DNA of 63,699 nt, counting the filler, from Bigelowiella natans CCMP2755 (lineage: Eukaryota > Protista > Cercozoa), in assembly GCA_000320545.1 (NCBI GenBank). It is 6 parts of 6 records of this genome, joined end to end, with 100 filler letters (N's around TTAATTAATTAA, not from the genome) between each part and the next. Parts side by side here need not be neighbours in the genome. Positions count along the whole stretch, not along the records: positions 62,075 to 63,699 come from ADNK01002328.1; 5 more parts are not named here. One strand, given 5' to 3'. Of the stretch, positions 62,580 through 63,699 are shown piece after piece. The notes below the pieces were generated by a model. That model was given only the letters and a program-made list of their open reading frames with translations. It did no database searches and was not told where the DNA came from. Position numbers and translations under genes: made by a program. Position 1 is the first letter of the stretch. Every line of letters begins with the position of its first letter.

Positions 62580-63600
62580 AGAGTAGTTCTATACGCATCG
62601 TTACCTATCCTACCCACTCTCCAACACAAGCCCCTTCAACCTCACCTTCTACTTCTCCATCCACATCCCCCTCCATTTCACCATCGTCATCATCACCATC
62701 TTCAGTGCCATCATCAACACCGTCCTCCTCTCCAACACCCTCACCCTCATCATCACCATCTTCAGTACCATCATCAACACCTTCCTCCTCTCCTTCATCA
62801 GAACCATCATCATCGCCATCTTCAGTACCATCATCAGCACCGTCATCATCACCATCATCACTGCAGGACAACTTTATACCTACCATATCTCTCAGTGGTT
62901 TTGGTATCGTCAGCCCTGGCCAAAACATCGTGCTCACAGCGGTTGTGAACTATCACCTCCAGTCGAAGAACAACAGCTTATCAATGGAAGACATCGCCTC
63001 TTTCTCCTACATCTGGACGATTTCGAGACTTGCAAACAATAGTACAGGCCGGCCAAGCAAAGCTGTTGATCTGTCACAAACGTCTTCGTCGAAGACGACT
63101 GTTCTAACAATCCCTACACACTTGCTGGACCCTGGTGAGAGCTATCAAGTCACTTTTGAGGCGAATATGACCAAGGTCTATGGGGCGCAGCGCGGCTTTG
63201 TCTCGCTAACGGTAATACATTACATTTTACCTCAATGCACGAATCTGCGTGTGTATCCCTCTCTTTCATTTTCTCTTTCTTTCTTTCTCTTTTTCTCTCT
63301 CTCTTTCTCTCTTCCTCTTCCTCCTCTCCCCCCCCCCCCCAAACCTTTTGTTGTTTTATTTTTTTTTTTTAAATTTTTATTTCACCCCCGCTCACAAACT
63401 TACCAGCGCGTTATGTTAATAAGTGATGATGAGAAATTTCGGCCACACAATTTTTTTGGAGTTTAACCCTCCCCCATCCCTTTCCCCTATGTGCACGAGA
63501 GGGATTCCCGCGAGAGCTACAAGAGTTTTTTATGCGAACCACATACGAGCCCGTGGGTGGGTTGCTTGTCGAGGGCGATAACTTGGCCCCCACTAAGAAG
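62580..63600 (+). CDS. Extracellular protein with Ser/Pro (PSxS) mucin-like repeat followed by a REJ/PKD-like region; partial
   Basis: PTHSPTQAPSTSPS..(PSSxPS)n, then ISLSG..VSPGQNIVLTAVV..FSYIWT..TTVLTIPTHLLDPGESYQVTF, which is REJ-like. Confidence 0.6.
62625..62865 (+). repeat. Coding degenerate 12-bp repeat encoding PSSx units
   Basis: Repeated catcaccatcttcagtaccatcatcaacac blocks. Confidence 0.85.
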
Positions 63601-63699
63601 GTGTGGCGGGAGGTGGGGGGGCCCCAGGAGAAACCGCACCGCTCGAAAGACGTCGGGTTAGCCCCCATCCCCTCCCCCGCGCGACGGGTGGAGAAACTG

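Noticed and set aside
62605-62937. Acidic D/G/E-rich minus-strand ORF
   Set aside because: It is the antisense reading of the PSSx coding repeat on the plus strand.

Overview
Gene-dense eukaryotic nuclear DNA with GT-AG introns loaded with microsatellites. It most resembles a chlorarachniophyte alga (Bigelowiella-like); this is inferred from a signal-plus-transit-peptide pyruvate kinase and the gene content, not proven. Five artificial N-TTAATTAATTAA-N linkers join six contigs. Genes in order: P4-ATPase flippase(+), ubiquitin-domain PI4-kinase gamma(-), divergent plastid pyruvate kinase(+), UDP-sugar pyrophosphorylase(-), RPA2(+), unknown gene with a TH1/PH-like segment(-), dymeclin(+), MEMO1(-), RluA-family pseudouridine synthase(+), U2 snRNA(-), RhoGAP(+), the 3' end of a Ty3/gypsy-like LTR element(-), unknown(+), a conserved cyanobacterial/plastid-type protein(-), prolyl-4-hydroxylase-like(-), MAPEG(+), thiolase(-), REJ-like mucin protein(+). 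The strongest unexplained signals may form one system. (1) Recognisable genes alternate strand strictly within contigs. (2) Tail-to-tail junctions carry non-homologous 0.3-0.9 kb spacers rich in CTAG and CATG/TGCA palindromes. (3) A 1.5 kb block has lost nearly all TpA dinucleotides except those inside CTAG, resembling a RIP-like A-to-G mutator. (4) A retrotransposon sitting at the edge of one spacer has an integrase that ends in an N6-adenine-methyltransferase-like domain instead of a chromodomain. All motif counts are manual.
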